A DNA stretch of 64,000 nt. It comes from Octopus sinensis. Taxonomy: Eukaryota. Both the position numbers and the translations under genes were made by a program. The stretch's first letter is position 1. Each line of letters starts with the position of its first letter. The DNA lies in assembly GCF_006345805.1 (NCBI RefSeq), contig NC_043006.1, positions 79,980,001 to 80,044,000 on the forward strand, written 5' to 3'. The notes below the pieces were generated by a model, which was given only the letters and a program-made list of their open reading frames with translations, searched no databases and was not told the origin of the DNA. Shown here one piece after another: positions 40,106-54,056 of the stretch.

Positions 40106-42210
40106 CGAAAACAAACTGTTCCCAGAAGAGCAGAAAGGATGCCGCAAAGGCTCATATGGCTGTAAAGATCAACTAATGATTAATAAAGCCATAACTGAAG
40201 ACAGCCACAGAAAGTAGAAAGGCCTCAGTATGGCCTGGATTGACTACAAAAAGGCGTTTGATAGCATCCCCCACACATGGATCCTCGAAACACTAGCCAT
40301 TAACAAAGTAGCACCAACAATCATAAAATTCATAGAGCACTCTATGAATAAATGGCAAACAGTCCTACACCTCCAAACAAAAGAGAGACTCATGAAAACC
40401 AAAGACATCCCCATTAGAAGAGGATTATTCCAGGGAGATACGCTCTCTCCACTCCTTTTCTGCTTAGCACTGTCACCTCTATCTGATATGCTAAATAGAA
40501 CTGGATGCGGATATAAATGTTACGGCAAAACGATCAGCCACCTTTTATATATGGATGACCTAAAACTATACGCTGCAAATGACAAACAGCTGGAAACACT
40601 ATTAAAGACAGTTCATGGATTTACCAAAGAAATAGATATGAAATTTGGATTATAAAAATGCGCCAAAGTAACCATGAAAAGAGGAAAACTAGTTAAGAGT
40701 AACATCATCACACTAGATGAAGCAAATGAAATAAAAGAATTAGACCAAAGCCAAACTTACAAATACTTAGGAATCCATGAACTAGATAAGACACAACACA
40801 CACAAATGAAAGAGAAAATAAAAAAAGAATATTATAGACGAGTTAGATCAATACTAAACACAGAGCTCAATGCTAAAAACAAGATAATAGGTATCAACAC
40901 TTTAGCTGTCCCAGTTATAAGTTACAGCTACAATATCCTTAACTGGACACTAAATGAACTGACCAAAATAGACAGGAAAACAAGAAAAATAATGACAGGA
41001 TCTAGGATGCATCACCCAAAATCTGACATAGAAAGACTATATATACAACGTATAGAAGGTGGTAGAGGCCTTATACAGCTGGAAAACTACTATAAAATAA
41101 CCACCATAGGACTGCAAAAATATCTACTTCAGAAGGAAGGAAAACTGATCCAGATAGCGGCAAAACATGAGCAAAACAAAAAACTGTTCTCAGTATTTAA
41201 GGAAGCTGACAAATACAAACAAGAAATCATACCACCTAATAAACATGAAGAAGAAGAAGAAGATGAAGAAACAACAAAAGCTATAAAAAAATGAAATCCA
41301 AACTAAAAATAGAACAGCAACGAACCATGATAAAACGATGGCAAGAAAAGCCCCTTCATGGTAAATACTGGACTAAACTAAACGCAAAAGAAATAGACAA
41401 AGAAAAATCCCAGCAATGGTTGAGAAGCTCAGGACTCAAAGCAGAAACAGAGGGATTTTTAATTGCAGCACAAGACCAAAGCCTCCCCACCAGAAATTAC
41501 CAAAAACATGTAATGAAAAGAAATATTACAAGTAACTGCAGAATATGTGGAGATGGACAAGAAACAATAAATCATATTATCTCTAGCTGCCCAGTCCTGG
41601 CTAAGAAGGAATATATTCACAGACATGACAGAGTTGGAACTTACATACATTGGAAGCTATGCCAACATTATGGAATAACAACAGAAAAAAGATGGTATAG
41701 GCACACACCAGAAAAGGTCACAGAAAACGAGAAAGCAACCATACTCTGGGATATGCCGATACACACAGATAGAGAAATTAAGGCCAACAGACCAGATATA
41801 GTTGTCAGAGACCATGAAGAAAAAAAATGCTTTCTAATTGATGTATCAGTACCGGCAGATGACAACGTGTCTCTAAAAGAAATGGAGAAACTCTCAAAAT
41901 ACAAAGACCTGGAAATAGAGGTAACTAGAATGTGGAATCTGAAAACAGAAACAATTCCTATCATAGTAGGTGCATTAGGCATGATAAAAAAATATTCAGA
42001 CAAATACATAACAAAAACACCAGGACTTACAAACACATATAACATACAGAAAATTGCACTACTAGGCACTGCACACATCCTACGCAGAACACTTTCCATA
42101 CAATAACCATCAGAGCATCACAACAAATCACAGCACATACCCAAGGCACACAGAGCTGCGCTCGGTAGTGAAGTGAAAGCACGCTATAAAAATAAAAATA
42201 AAACTACTGA
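40104..42210 (+). mobile_element. R4/Dong-clade retrotransposon family Y, 5' truncated, intact 3' end
   Basis: Begins DENKLFPEEQKGCRKG; WIDYKKAFDS, YMDD, KPLHG, CRICG..H....C, RHDRV, PDIVV, LIDVSVP, KYKDL; two stops and one frameshift; AAT repeats on both sides. Confidence 0.93.
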
Positions 42211-44353
42211 ATAATAATGATAATAATAATAACATTAATACTAGCAATAATAATGATAACATCAATAATATAAATGATAAAAATAGAAATATGGAATGTG
42301 AGGAAATTGGGAAAAGATTAATAACAAACAACCCTAACTTACATAACAATATAATTATAGTACGTTTATATATTTGCTGTGCAAGATTTTTTATGTGAAG
42401 TCGTGTGTTGAAACAGATATTGTTATATTTCGGAATGGTAATTTTGCCAGTTTAGCCAATATAAACACACGCATTATATATTTGGTGTTACTTTGCTTCA
42501 GTGTTATTTATTTTTTACATTAATCTTAATATTATTTCGGCCAGAGTTCTTTCGTCACACTCCTGTGACCGCAATCACACTAATGCTAAAAACAGCTCTA
42601 GTAATGAAAATGAAAATAGCTTGTTCCTAAATAATACTAATACCAGGAATCATAAAAGCCAATATGGTATATAAAAGCTAGTATGGTATATAAATTTTTT
42701 ATTTGGTTACAAAATATTAGGATTTCAAAATTTAGGTATGATCAGAATGTTATTATTTAAAATACTTAAACTTACGGGTAGCACAATGTATACAATATTC
42801 CCCTAGTTCGGAACGGTTATTCGATAAGTTTTTATTATTCCTATGTTTAAATCAGCCGAAACGTTGTGGTAACATCAAACATGATGACACATATCCGTCC
42901 AGTGTAAATAATGTAAACACAAGTTTTCTTCCTTTCTTAAACTGCCTGGAACCCTATTTTGTATTTTTTCGATCCAAAAATGCACATCGGCTTCTCCCGA
43001 TTGAACTTTCTCAAGAAGATTACCAAAGCTTCTAGACCAAACTAAATATTCACAATTTTAGCAGGTTTTTTTCATTATTTTTTGTTTACGTATGAATAAA
43101 TTACTGGGAATTCAAACTTACATTATATTTCAAAATATAATCACAAATTCTCATAACAATCAATCTGTTTTAAAATTCTTTAAAATTGATTCTTCTTTTA
43201 TTGTTTATTCTTCCACTACCGTTTTCAAATCTTAGATCACAGGCAGAAGTTATCGAAAATGGAACGGATTTTCACAAAAGTCCATCCATTGAAGATTTAC
43301 TTGATAAACCTTATTACATATTGATATTAATCTATCCGTTAAGGCAACGAGCTGGCAGAACCATTAGCACACAAGGCAAAATACTTCGCAGCATTTCATC
43401 CGTCTTTACATTCTCAGTTCAAATTCCCTTACGACCCCTCCTCGGAAATTGTTACCTTTTTGCCAAAATTTGGAATCAATATTACTCTATTGGTTCTTTC
43501 ATATTTCCTTTCACTTAGCTACCGATTGCTCCCAATATCGACCATTTTGCATTTGCATTTGACTCTCTTCTTCTGTGTGTATACCAGTGACCGTATGTAC
43601 GATCATATATGCATGAAAAATACATATATGTGTGTGTTTGTGTGTGTGAGAGTATTCGTAAAACTTTACACGCCATACATATTCACTTATAGACCTAAAC
43701 ATCTATACCTACACACACAAACACACACACACACCAGCACATACATACAAAGATACAGGGCAAGCATGAAGTCTATACACAGGGGAAACACAGCTTACTC
43801 ATTAATATCGCTAATAATGATTGTGTAGAGCGGGTTTCGTCGCTCATATGATATTAGTTCGTTTCACGTCTTTTTCTGACGTATGATGGAGAAGGTGTAC
43901 TCAGTGAAAATCACAGATGAAAACCATGTTGAAAATGTTATTCTTTAATGAAGTTCAATAATATTATTGAATAATATTATTTTCGCTCATGTATGTAGAC
44001 TTAACGTTCACACTTTACATGCATAGATGAATAAATAAATAAATAAATTTCTGATTGAACAAACAAGAGAAACATAATTCAGTATATGAATATATCATAT
44101 TTTTTATTTTCAATCGCAAGAATGTTACAAAAGTTACTCAAAGGCTGAGAGCTTCGTAGGCGGTACATAAAACACTGACTTCAAATCAGAGGACTCGTTA
44201 CATAAAAAGAGAATATTTCGTGAAGTCTAATATTGGTAGATCACGTGGATATAATGTAATTGTTACAATAATACTCATTAGTATTAACCCTATGCTTGCT
44301 AAAAGCAGAATATCATCTGTTCCATCTATGGTATTACGTGTCACTCTATGGGT

Positions 44354-44745
44354 ACTCTTTTACTTGTTTCAGTCATTTGACTGCGGCCATGCTGGAGCAC
44401 CGCCTTTACTCGAGCAACTCGACCCCGGGACTTATTCTTTTTAAGCTCAGTACTTATTCTATCGGTATCTTTTGCCAAACCACTAAGTTACGGGGACATA
44501 AACACAACAGCATCGGTTGCCAAGCAATGCTAAGGGGACAAACACAGACACAGAAACATACACGCACACAGATATATATATACGATGGGATTCTTTCAGT
44601 TTCCGTCTACGAAATCCACTCACAAGGCTTTGGTCGGCCCGAAGCTATAGTAGAAGACACTTGCCCAAGGTTCCACGCAGTGGGACTGAACCCGGAACCA
44701 TGTGGTTGGTAAGCAAACTACTTACCACACAGCCACTCCTGCGCC
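44354..44745 (-). mobile_element. Full-length tRNA-derived SINE S1
   Basis: 5' GGCGCAGGAGTGGCTGTGTGG (A-box-like), GGTTCAGTCCC (B-box), internal AT/GT tract, AAAAGAGTA tail. Confidence 0.85.
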
Positions 44746-44973
44746 GGTTATAAAGGTTTCGATATAAATTAAATTCGCTGTGTGCTATTGGATTCCTTAC
44801 TCGCTTCCATTAATAAATGAGTTTCGCCTCAGTTACTTCCCTTACACTAGCTTCCGTAAATTCACTATTGTTTTTCACTATTAGCTCTAACCAAACAGAA
44901 AACAGATCATTATTTCATTAGAATCATTCATATTATGACGTACCTTATCCGTTTAGTTATCATTTTACAAGTC

Positions 44974-44974
<1 letters not shown>

Positions 44975-45060
<86 letters not shown>
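44975..45060 (-). repeat. (AAT)n tract at the 3' end of X3
   Basis: Direct inspection. Confidence 0.95.
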
Positions 45061-45061
<1 letters not shown>

Positions 45062-47691
45062 CTTTTTTCTTCTTCTTCTTTCAAATTTGCTTCCATTTCT
45101 TGCCGAGTGTTTTCCCGACTCCTAGGGCAAAGAAACTCATAGTATACATTGGTAGGCCATTAACCTAAACTCACTAGTTCGTTCATTTTTTTTAAAGTGA
45201 AATTAAAATACATGGGTAGTAATAGTTATCACATCGACAATGCTCTTCTCAATATGTGTGATGTACCAGTTAAGACAATCTTTTGCACTTCTTGCAGGGA
45301 TGGTAAGCCAGGGATATTTCTCATATGATTTTCGGTTCCCTTCTTGATCATTCCTAGTGCTCCTACGATCACTGGTATTGTAACCTCCTTGAGATGGCAC
45401 ATATTCTCAATTTCAATGAGCAGGTCTTTATATTTTCTGAGCTTGTCAAACTCTTTCGCCGAGATATTATGATCACAGGGGATGCTCATGTCGATCAATA
45501 AGCAAACCTTATTGTTTTGGTCTTTCACAACAATATCTGGCTTATAGGCTTTGATGGTTCGGTCTGTATGTACTGGAAAGTCCCACAGAATCGTTACAGT
45601 TTCTCCTTCAGTTACAGCTTCAGGGTGGTGATTATACCACTTGTCGGCAGTTTTGATATAGTAATGCCGACTTATTAACCAGTGTAGATATTGGCCAACT
45701 CTGTCCTGTCTTAATTTATACTCCACTGGTGCTAAGACTTTACATCCAGAGATTAGGTGGTCCACTGTTTCAATCATGTCGTTGCAGAATCGGCATTTTG
45801 GGTCTGCTCCATTTTTCATCACATTGGCCTGGTAGTTCCGGGTTAATAGGCTTTGATCTTGAGCAGCCAGGATGAAACCTTCGCTCTCTGCTTTAGCCCT
45901 GAGCTCCGTAGCCACTGATGGGTTTGCTTCTGGTCAACATCAGCTTGTTTGCTGCGGGCCACATATTTGCCTTGCAGAGGTTTCTTCTCCCACCGATCAG
46001 CCAATTGCTCGTGCGCTTTTTTTGTTGCCATTATTTTCACCTTCTTTGCAACAATAGTTGCCGTACTTCTCTTGGGTTGTTCAGTTTGGGTATCCTGCAC
46101 GAGATCAATAGCAAATTTTTGCTTTCCCTTATGATAGAATGAAGCTTCTTTCGTCTCTCGTGATTTTCCAAGAGCTTTAGCATCCAGTCATTCGTTATTT
46201 CGAGATATTTGGCCAGTCCAATTGTGGTTGTTTTGTAAGCTAGTTCGAATTGGATCAGGCCTCGACCTCCTTTGGCTCTGGGAGGTTAAAGGCGATCTAC
46301 GTCTGCCTTTGGGTGGTGCATCCTATTACAACTCAGCAGCTTGCGTATATTCCTATCTATATTCTTTACTTCACTCATATTCCAGTTCAACACTTGTAGC
46401 TATAAGTAACAACTGGAACTGCTAAGGAATTTATAGGTAACACCTTGTTACGTGCATTTAGTTCAGATTTCAGGACTGCACGAACTCTCCTATAACATTC
46501 CTTCCTGATCTTCTCTTTCATGCTTGCAGTCTGAATACCAGAGCCTTCATTTATGCCTAAATATTTGTATGTTTGTTCTTGCTCAAGCTCTCTTATGACC
46601 GTGTCAACATCTAACACGACTGAATTTGTGGTCTTCACTTTCCCTTTCTGGAAAGTGGCCTTGGCACACTTCTCAAGCCCAAACTCCTGAATGCTTTCAC
46701 AGTGCGCAATTGGCCTTCAAGTTCATTATCGTCTTTACCATAGAGTTTTAGGTCATCCATATAAAATAGATGGCTTATTTTTTATTAGCAATTTTATACC
46801 CATACCCTGTTCTGTTTAATTCACTTGTAAAGCGTATTAGGGCTATGCAGAATATTAAAGGTGAAAGTGAGTCACCTTGAAAAATTCCACAGTTGATGTT
46901 TATATTTTCTAAGGCAAGAACTCCATTAGAGTGGTATAATTGGAGATTCGTATACCACAACGACATATTGTGCTTCAGGAAGCTTGAAATCACAGGGGAA
47001 ATTTTGAAGATGTCCAGCGATCTCAAGATCCATGGATGCGGTATACTGTCGAAGGCTTTTCTTTAGTCAATCCATGCGGAGCTGAGATTTCTGCGCTTGT
47101 TGTGACAGTTCTCCAGGATCATACGATTAATTAGCAGTTGATCTTTGCATCCGTATGGGCCTCGGCGGCACTCTTTTTATTCAATCGGGAAATTATCGTG
47201 CTTCTCCATGAATGCATATGTTTTCTCCGCCAGGATAGATGTTAGGAGTTTATACGTGGTGGATAGACAGGTTATAGGCCGATAGTTTTTTTGGAAGGTT
47301 GGTTTCGTTATTCTTTGGGAGTAGGTAAGTAATACCACTTGCTAACCAATCAGGTATTTTCTTTGGGTCTCTCATAACTCCATTGAGCAGCTGAACTAGC
47401 TTACCGTGTGCACATGGGAGCGATGCGAGCCAGAAATTCGGCACCCCATCTTTACCGGGGGATTTCCAATTATGGGCCTTCGTGAGTGCCTGTCTTAGGT
47501 CTGCTATTGTGATGTCTTCCCATGCTTGTTGTTGTAAATTTTGGTAGGATCCTTCTGTTTGTATAATCCAGTCTGCATTTATGTTGTATGTCTTCTTGTC
47601 ACTCCAAATCCTTTTCCAAAAGTTTTGAACTTCTTCCAGGGGGGGGGGGTCTTTAACGGTTACTTTCTCCTTCGCTATTTCTCTGTAGAAT
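45061..47691 (-). mobile_element. R4/Dong family X copy X3: 3' half with intact 3' UTR, 5' part deleted
   Basis: RT to RLE (PDIVV, LIDMSIP, KYKDL, RRALSM stop); multiple frameshifts; joins the D 3' flank through TAGAAT. Confidence 0.9.
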
Positions 47692-49569
47692 GAATATTTA
47701 CTTCACACAACATATATTGATTAAGCTTACGTTAAAATCTCAGATAGTTTAGCAAAATCTATTGTAATTCATAGAGCAGTAAATGAAACGGTATTGATTA
47801 ATAGCTTTGATTTCATAATTATATTAGCGCAAAGGTTTTGCAATTTAGATAATTATAAAAAAGGGACATTTTTTTTCCTTCTAGCAAATTCATATAAATT
47901 AGTTACGTAAATGGAAATATACAACACGAGCCGAGCTATCAGAATTAATATTGACTGGACTCGATTCAGAGAACGGATAAGACAAGAAATGTTACGCTTT
48001 CCCAACAACATTAGCAATATCAGTTCACGTTTACACAGAAACCTGCAGTAATGTTACTTAAAATCTAATGATAACGTTTATTGAGAAGCTCAAACTATAT
48101 CGGTAACTTTCGTGGAAGATAACTTTCAAATTTCGTTCAGCATTTGAAATAGCAGCAGGCAAGCTATATTAATAGAAAGAATGACTATAACAGAGAGGCT
48201 TTTCAGTCTTCATAAACCTAAAGAGGAACATGGATATTCAACACGTAATAAAAAAAGAAATTTTGTATTTATGAAGTGCTTTTTATTATATTCTCTTTAT
48301 ATAATTTAATATTACAGACATAGGGTATGTAAGTTAAAATGCTCATCATTAATGACAAGATATTATGATTCATTTAATCCCGTTGTTTTACTATGTATTA
48401 TACAATAAGAATAACGACTAAGGAGTCGACAGCGTCTGATTATTATATGGTATATATATTGTGGTTTGGATAGAATTTATTGTCATTGATTTAACACATT
48501 TATATGGAAGTAATACCACAATTAGAAATAGCGTTTACAATAAACTGATTTTGCTCAAGGTGAAACAATTATTTTCTTATGCAAAAAGACCAAAAGATTT
48601 GTTGAAAATATTATAAAACTGATGCGATGTTGTCAGCATTCTTTTTAACATCAGATCTCTCCGTAGATAACGTTTTACGGACAGAAAGGGAAACGCCCAG
48701 CAACATTTTGCTTGCTGGACAAATAAGAGCTGATTATTAGAGAATTAATTGGATAACTGAAAGCGACGAATAATAATATTTTAATAGAGTCGGCATAGAA
48801 ATGCGATACATGAGTGGTAGACTATTATCACACACACTAGTGTCTCTACAAATCCCGTTACATGTGACGTAATAAATGTTTTTCAAAGCGTTTTCCAAAA
48901 CGTATATCGTGATTATTCCAAATGTGTGAGGAAGAGATTATATAATATAGGAAGTGAACGAGACTATTTAAAACCATTTAAAATCGTTTGACCGAACTAA
49001 AAGACAGGGAGAGAGACATGAGTGAGCTCAAACTTCATAAAACCCACATATTCGTAAAATGTTAGGTCAACAGAATATAAATGGGATACAAAAAAGGATA
49101 GAAAAAAAGGATACAATAAAATTACTAACTATATGGGGTTTTCAGCAAAAAGTGAGTCCGTTCAACAGCTCAGGTGGACGTGAAAATTTTAATATATTGA
49201 AGAACAGAAGAAATGGCCAAAAATAAAAGGGCAAGTTCCTGAAAGAAATATGCACGTACCCTTCACACTTGCAAGGCGTTTATCTTATACGAATTCAAAT
49301 AGAATCTAGAAAACATAACTTTTCTTTTTGTTTTTTCATTTCTTTTTTTCCGAATCGGCATTTTAGGAATTTCATTTCAGAATGTTGTTAATTGTTGAAC
49401 TTTGTAACCTCAGCTGATTCATAGTGTCGAAGATCTATAGTCAAAAGTATTCTAGTAAGAACCATCATGTCATTTATTAAGATTTAATATATAATTTATT
49501 ATCCATTATTTCCATCTTCATTCCACTGACGATATTGAGTAACCCACATTGGTTAGCTTGACGGCACAC

Positions 49570-51630
49570 CTACGGAGTTATATTCGTTGATGTTGTTTCA
49601 TGAGCGAAATTAACATCAACAGATTCTTTTGTGGATGTTTTTGTAATTTTTTGCAGATTCTGAAAAATACTGCGTCGAACAATACTTGTTGATAGAAACG
49701 ATAAACATATAAGTAATCCAACGAATGAGTTTAAAATACAAAATAATAGAGAAAATTCTTCAATTCTTGTAAACGTATACAGAAATGCGAATGTCCATGT
49801 TAGCCCCATGATAAAGAATAGTTTTACACAAATGATAAACTCCAATTTCTTATGTTTTGATAAATATTTCGAAGAGAGTTTGCGTGCCAAATAGAGCCCT
49901 CTAGCGGTGAGGTTAAACGCTATGATATTAAGACATAAAATAAACATTACAGGGATTAAAAAAAACCATAGCAGACTTTTTCCATTTTTAATCCAGCAAA
50001 TATCTTTTCCATACTCTGGGGAAAGTCCGTGATTTCCAGGAATATACTCAAATACCAGTGATACTGTTACTATTACAAGTGGACAGATCCAAGCATACAA
50101 GGAATACAATACAAATCTCTTGGTATGTTTTCCTTTATTTCGAAGTTGTGTGAGTCCTGAGAAAGTGTGACAGGCATCAAATGACATGACATTCATCCAG
50201 AAGAAAGTGGCTAGAAACGAATAATGCATTACTACAGCAAAAGATTTACACAGCACTGTAGATGTAGTGACTTGTGATGAGATAAGAAAGAGAAGCTCAG
50301 CTACAAACAGTGCTGACAAAAGACTAATGAGTAATTTACCTGGTAAGGTACGGAGATCAGGTATACAGAGATAGACTATAATGGTGATTGCTAGAGCTGG
50401 AATTGAGATTACGAGTCCCACTAATGTGATATAGCTCCCAGCTACGGAATATTTTGATACACCATTGATATTTGATATATTATTGGTACCATTGTTTACA
50501 CAGATACTTATTATACCTTGAGAATCACGAGTGAATTCTGATTGGTTTAGCAAACGTTGGGTATTATTTAAGTAGAGAAGACCATCATTAGTGATGTAAT
50601 ACTCAGATTCATTTAATTTTGTTGTCATACATTTTAGCGGCGGATGGTAGATAACTTGTCGACATTTCTTAAATCTCAAATCGTAGATAGTGTATTTTGG
50701 ACAGGAGGGAGACAGCACATATCTATTTTTCGCTTTGCTTAATTCATTTACCTTTACAGTATTGGTATCATAATCAAAAAGTATTGTTAGAGGAACAGTT
50801 CCTCCACTACCAGCTATTTCATGATAATTCACTTCACAAATATCACTGGAAAACCCGTTGCATATAGCACAACCTTTGTTTTTGTAAACTTTAGGAAATT
50901 TATACATGCCATTTACAAAGTAGTGTGCGATCGACTCCGTATATATCAATGCCATTGGCTCAGACTCACATGCCATTATTTGTTCCTTATTATTGTTATC
51001 TTGAGGACAATTCGAAATATATGGAGTACAATGATGCAAATATTTGATCAAATATGATTGAAGCTCTGCTGTTGGCGTACAGCTATCCTTGAGATAATTT
51101 GATATATTTTCAAGTGTGACATTAGAGATTCTGTCGCAGTTATATAAAAGATTGCAGAGAATGAATTCCTCTCCATGACACAGAGCACAATACAGGTTCC
51201 TGTAGAGTCTTTTACTTGTTTTACCAAAAGCAGGAATGATCTGCAGTGGATCCTGTGAGTCAGGATTTTCACAGTTGTTAACATACTCAATAACATCGTG
51301 GTTATCTGGACAACGGTCAAACTGATAAGCATAATGATCACCAGCTTTTCGGCAACTGATAGTTGGGTAGTTTGTGATAGAAGAGGTCTTATTAATAATG
51401 TCAGAACAGCATCCATTGTAGAGGTAGCAGTCTGGTTGACACGAACAACGTTCCGATGCGCCATCTGAACACAAAGCTGGGCTACAATTGTTGAAGTATC
51501 CTGCATGTGTTATAACACTTGAGAACAAAAGAACGCAAACTAAAAACAATGTTTCCATTTTAAAAGATATAATTAATGATGCATGAATTAAGCTTTCAAA
51601 TCCTAGTAGTTCTTTGATATTTTGCTTCAC
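49570..51630 (-). CDS. Receptor copy D: intact, type-2 ectodomain plus 7TM (662 aa from ATG 51558)
   Basis: Open ORF; signal peptide METLFLVCVLLFSSVITHA; SMB-like CSCQPDCYLYNGCC; 7TM about 93% identical to A. Confidence 0.9.
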   Translation of the reverse strand: MKQNIKELLGFESLIHASLIISFKMETLFLVCVLLFSSVITHAGYFNNCSPALCSDGASERCSCQPDCYLYNGCCSDIINKTSSITNYPTISCRKAGDHYAYQFDRCPDNHDVIEYVNNCENPDSQDPLQIIPAFGKTSKRLYRNLYCALCHGEEFILCNLLYNCDRISNVTLENISNYLKDSCTPTAELQSYLIKYLHHCTPYISNCPQDNNNKEQIMACESEPMALIYTESIAHYFVNGMYKFPKVYKNKGCAICNGFSSDICEVNYHEIAGSGGTVPLTILFDYDTNTVKVNELSKAKNRYVLSPSCPKYTIYDLRFKKCRQVIYHPPLKCMTTKLNESEYYITNDGLLYLNNTQRLLNQSEFTRDSQGIISICVNNGTNNISNINGVSKYSVAGSYITLVGLVISIPALAITIIVYLCIPDLRTLPGKLLISLLSALFVAELLFLISSQVTTSTVLCKSFAVVMHYSFLATFFWMNVMSFDACHTFSGLTQLRNKGKHTKRFVLYSLYAWICPLVIVTVSLVFEYIPGNHGLSPEYGKDICWIKNGKSLLWFFLIPVMFILCLNIIAFNLTARGLYLARKLSSKYLSKHKKLEFIICVKLFFIMGLTWTFAFLYTFTRIEEFSLLFCILNSFVGLLICLSFLSTSIVRRSIFQNLQKITKTSTKESVDVNFAHETTSTNITP

Positions 51631-51987
51631 TGCTGTAAATTTACCAGTTCTGACAGGTATTTTTGAAATTTAGCAATGTTTCCTAATGATACAATGACTA
51701 TTACCTTAACAATATTTTCATTCCGAAGCGGAACAATGAAATTAATTTCGGTAGATTTAGATTCTTGGATTTTATTGGTATTAAATGCTGAATGTTCGCG
51801 ACTCGGCTACTTTGCGTCACATATATGCATGTATGAATATATATAGATCCGAAGATAGTTGAGGCATCTGCAAAAGAACAAATATTTCATTAAACATACT
51901 ATTATTGTAAACATTGATACATATTCAAGCACACACATGTACACGCAAAAGCACGCACGCTTATACACAGATAAACACACACGCCTG

Positions 51988-52021
<34 letters not shown>

Positions 52022-52230
52022 ATGTGTGTGTGTGTGTGTGTATAAATAATTTACAAGTTAAGGGCAGAAGAAAAATTCTAATGCCAAATATGCCGAAACA
52101 AAAAATTGTCGATAACCATTATAATATATGCATCTCGAAACAAACCGATAGAAATCTCTAAAAAATTCGTTAAAAGATATAATTAATGATGCATGAATTC
52201 GAGTAAGTATTTCACTTATATCTCGCGTAT

Positions 52231-52292
52231 TTGCCGCTGAAGAGGGGAAAATTTACTTATGAATTAACCCCGAAATTGGACCAATAGGGTAA
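52231..52292 (+). ncRNA. Hammerhead motif H3-prime, copy 1 (copy 2 at 52695-52756)
   Basis: ttgccg CTGAAGA gggg..cccc GAAA ttg-gac-caa TA gggtaa; the consensus of both copies restores stem I TTGCCG/CGGTAA. Confidence 0.6.
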
Positions 52293-52967
52293 TAACGAAA
52301 TTTTTAGAGATTTCTATCGGTTTGTTTCGAGACGCATATATTATAATGGTTATCGACAATTTTTTGTTTCGGAATATTTGGCATTAGAATTTTTCTTCTG
52401 CCCTTATCTTGTAAATTATTTATAAATTTAACCCTTAAAGGTATTTTTTGATATGCTGGCCATTGATAAAATTTTCTCCCGAAAAAAATGTTATCCTACA
52501 TTAGTTATAAATTTGAATAGTGTTTACTCTCGGATTCTATCACTCTGTGAAAGTTTCTAGTTCGAATCACACGTGTCTCGAGATATGCCGAAGATTTTTT
52601 CTATTTTGGATATATTTGGGGTATTTAAGTCTGCTCAGGACTTGTTGCTTGCTTTTTCCATGGGTATGAGTAAGTATTTCACTTATATCGCGTATTTGCG
52701 CTGAAGAGTGGAACATTTTCTTATGAATAAACCCCGAAATTGGATCAATACGGTAATAACGAATTTTTTAGAGATTCGTATCGGTTTGTTTCGAGACGCA
52801 TATATAATAATGGTTATCGACAATTCTTTTGTTTCGGCATATTTGGCATTAACATTTTTCTTCTGCCCTTATCTTGTAAATTATTTATAAATTTAACCTT
52901 TAAAGGTATTTTTTGATATGCTGGCCATTGATAAAATATTTTTCAGGAAAAGAATTTTATCCTACAT

Positions 52968-53056
<89 letters not shown>

Positions 53057-53157
53057 TAATCCAAACAAGAAAACACAGAAAAAGAGAAAAAAACACAGCA
53101 ACGCAGGACGTGGAACAATTAAAGTATTATTGACGCTCAGGAAAGAAAGGAAGGAGG

Positions 53158-53192
53158 GTTTAACGTTTCGAGCGGAGCTCTTCGTCGGAAAC
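53158..53192 (-). ncRNA. Minimal hammerhead-like motif H5 in a Penelope-type tail fragment between (TA)n tracts
   Basis: gttt CCGACGA a gagc-tcc-gctc GAAAC GTT aaac; palindromic ACGT stem III. Confidence 0.55.
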
Positions 53193-53303
53193 AAGGAGAA
53201 GGAAAGATCCCAGGGAGGGAAGACAGAGGAGAAAATATTTGAGCTGGTGGTGCTTAAGAGATCAGATGTTGAAAGAACAGAATTTGAAGGTAGTTGAAAT
53301 ATG

Positions 53304-53343
<40 letters not shown>

Positions 53344-53600
53344 CAGTTTCCGTCTTCCAAATCCACTCACAAGGCATTGGTCGGCCGGGGCTATAGCAGA
53401 AGACACTTGCCCAAGATGCCACGCAGTGGGACTGAACCCGGAACCATGTGGTAAGTAGCTTGCTAACCAACCACATGGTTCCGGGTTCAGTCCCACTGCG
53501 TGGCATCTTGGGCAAGTGTCTTCTGCTATAGCCCCGGCCGACCAATGCCTTGTGAGTGGATTTGGAAGACGGAAACTGAAAGAAGCTTGTCGCATGTATG

Positions 53601-53637
<37 letters not shown>

Positions 53638-53830
53638 TTGTGTGTCTGTGTTTGTCCCCCTAGCATTGCTTGACAACCGATGCTGGTGTGTTGACGTCCC
53701 CGTCACTTAGCGGTTCGGCAAAAAGAGACCGATAGTATAAGTACTGGGCTGATTTGCTCGACTAAAAGGCGGTGCTCCAGCATGGCCGCAGTCAAATGAC
53801 TGAAACAAGTAAAAGAGTAAAAGAGTAAGA

Positions 53831-53832
<2 letters not shown>
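53344..53832 (+). mobile_element. SINE S1 with a perfect 109-bp 5' fold-back inversion
   Basis: 53344-53452 is the exact reverse complement of 53470-53578, with a 17-nt loop; the rest is a normal S1 body and AAAGAGTA tail. Confidence 0.92.
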
Positions 53833-53913
<81 letters not shown>

Positions 53914-54056
53914 TACAACTATAAACAGGGGCAAATGAAAAGAGTCCAATGCCAAATATGCCGAAAATAGACTTAATCGTCAATAACCATATAATTTTTC
54001 ACTATAAGCATGCGTCTCGAAAGCAAGCCAATAGAAATTTCTAAAAAATTTTGTTG

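Noticed and set aside
41459-42099. Antisense and alternate-frame ORFs over LINEs and receptor genes (e.g. 220-483, 6132-6521, 41668-42099, 51048-51506)
   Set aside because: Shadow frames of real coding sequence.
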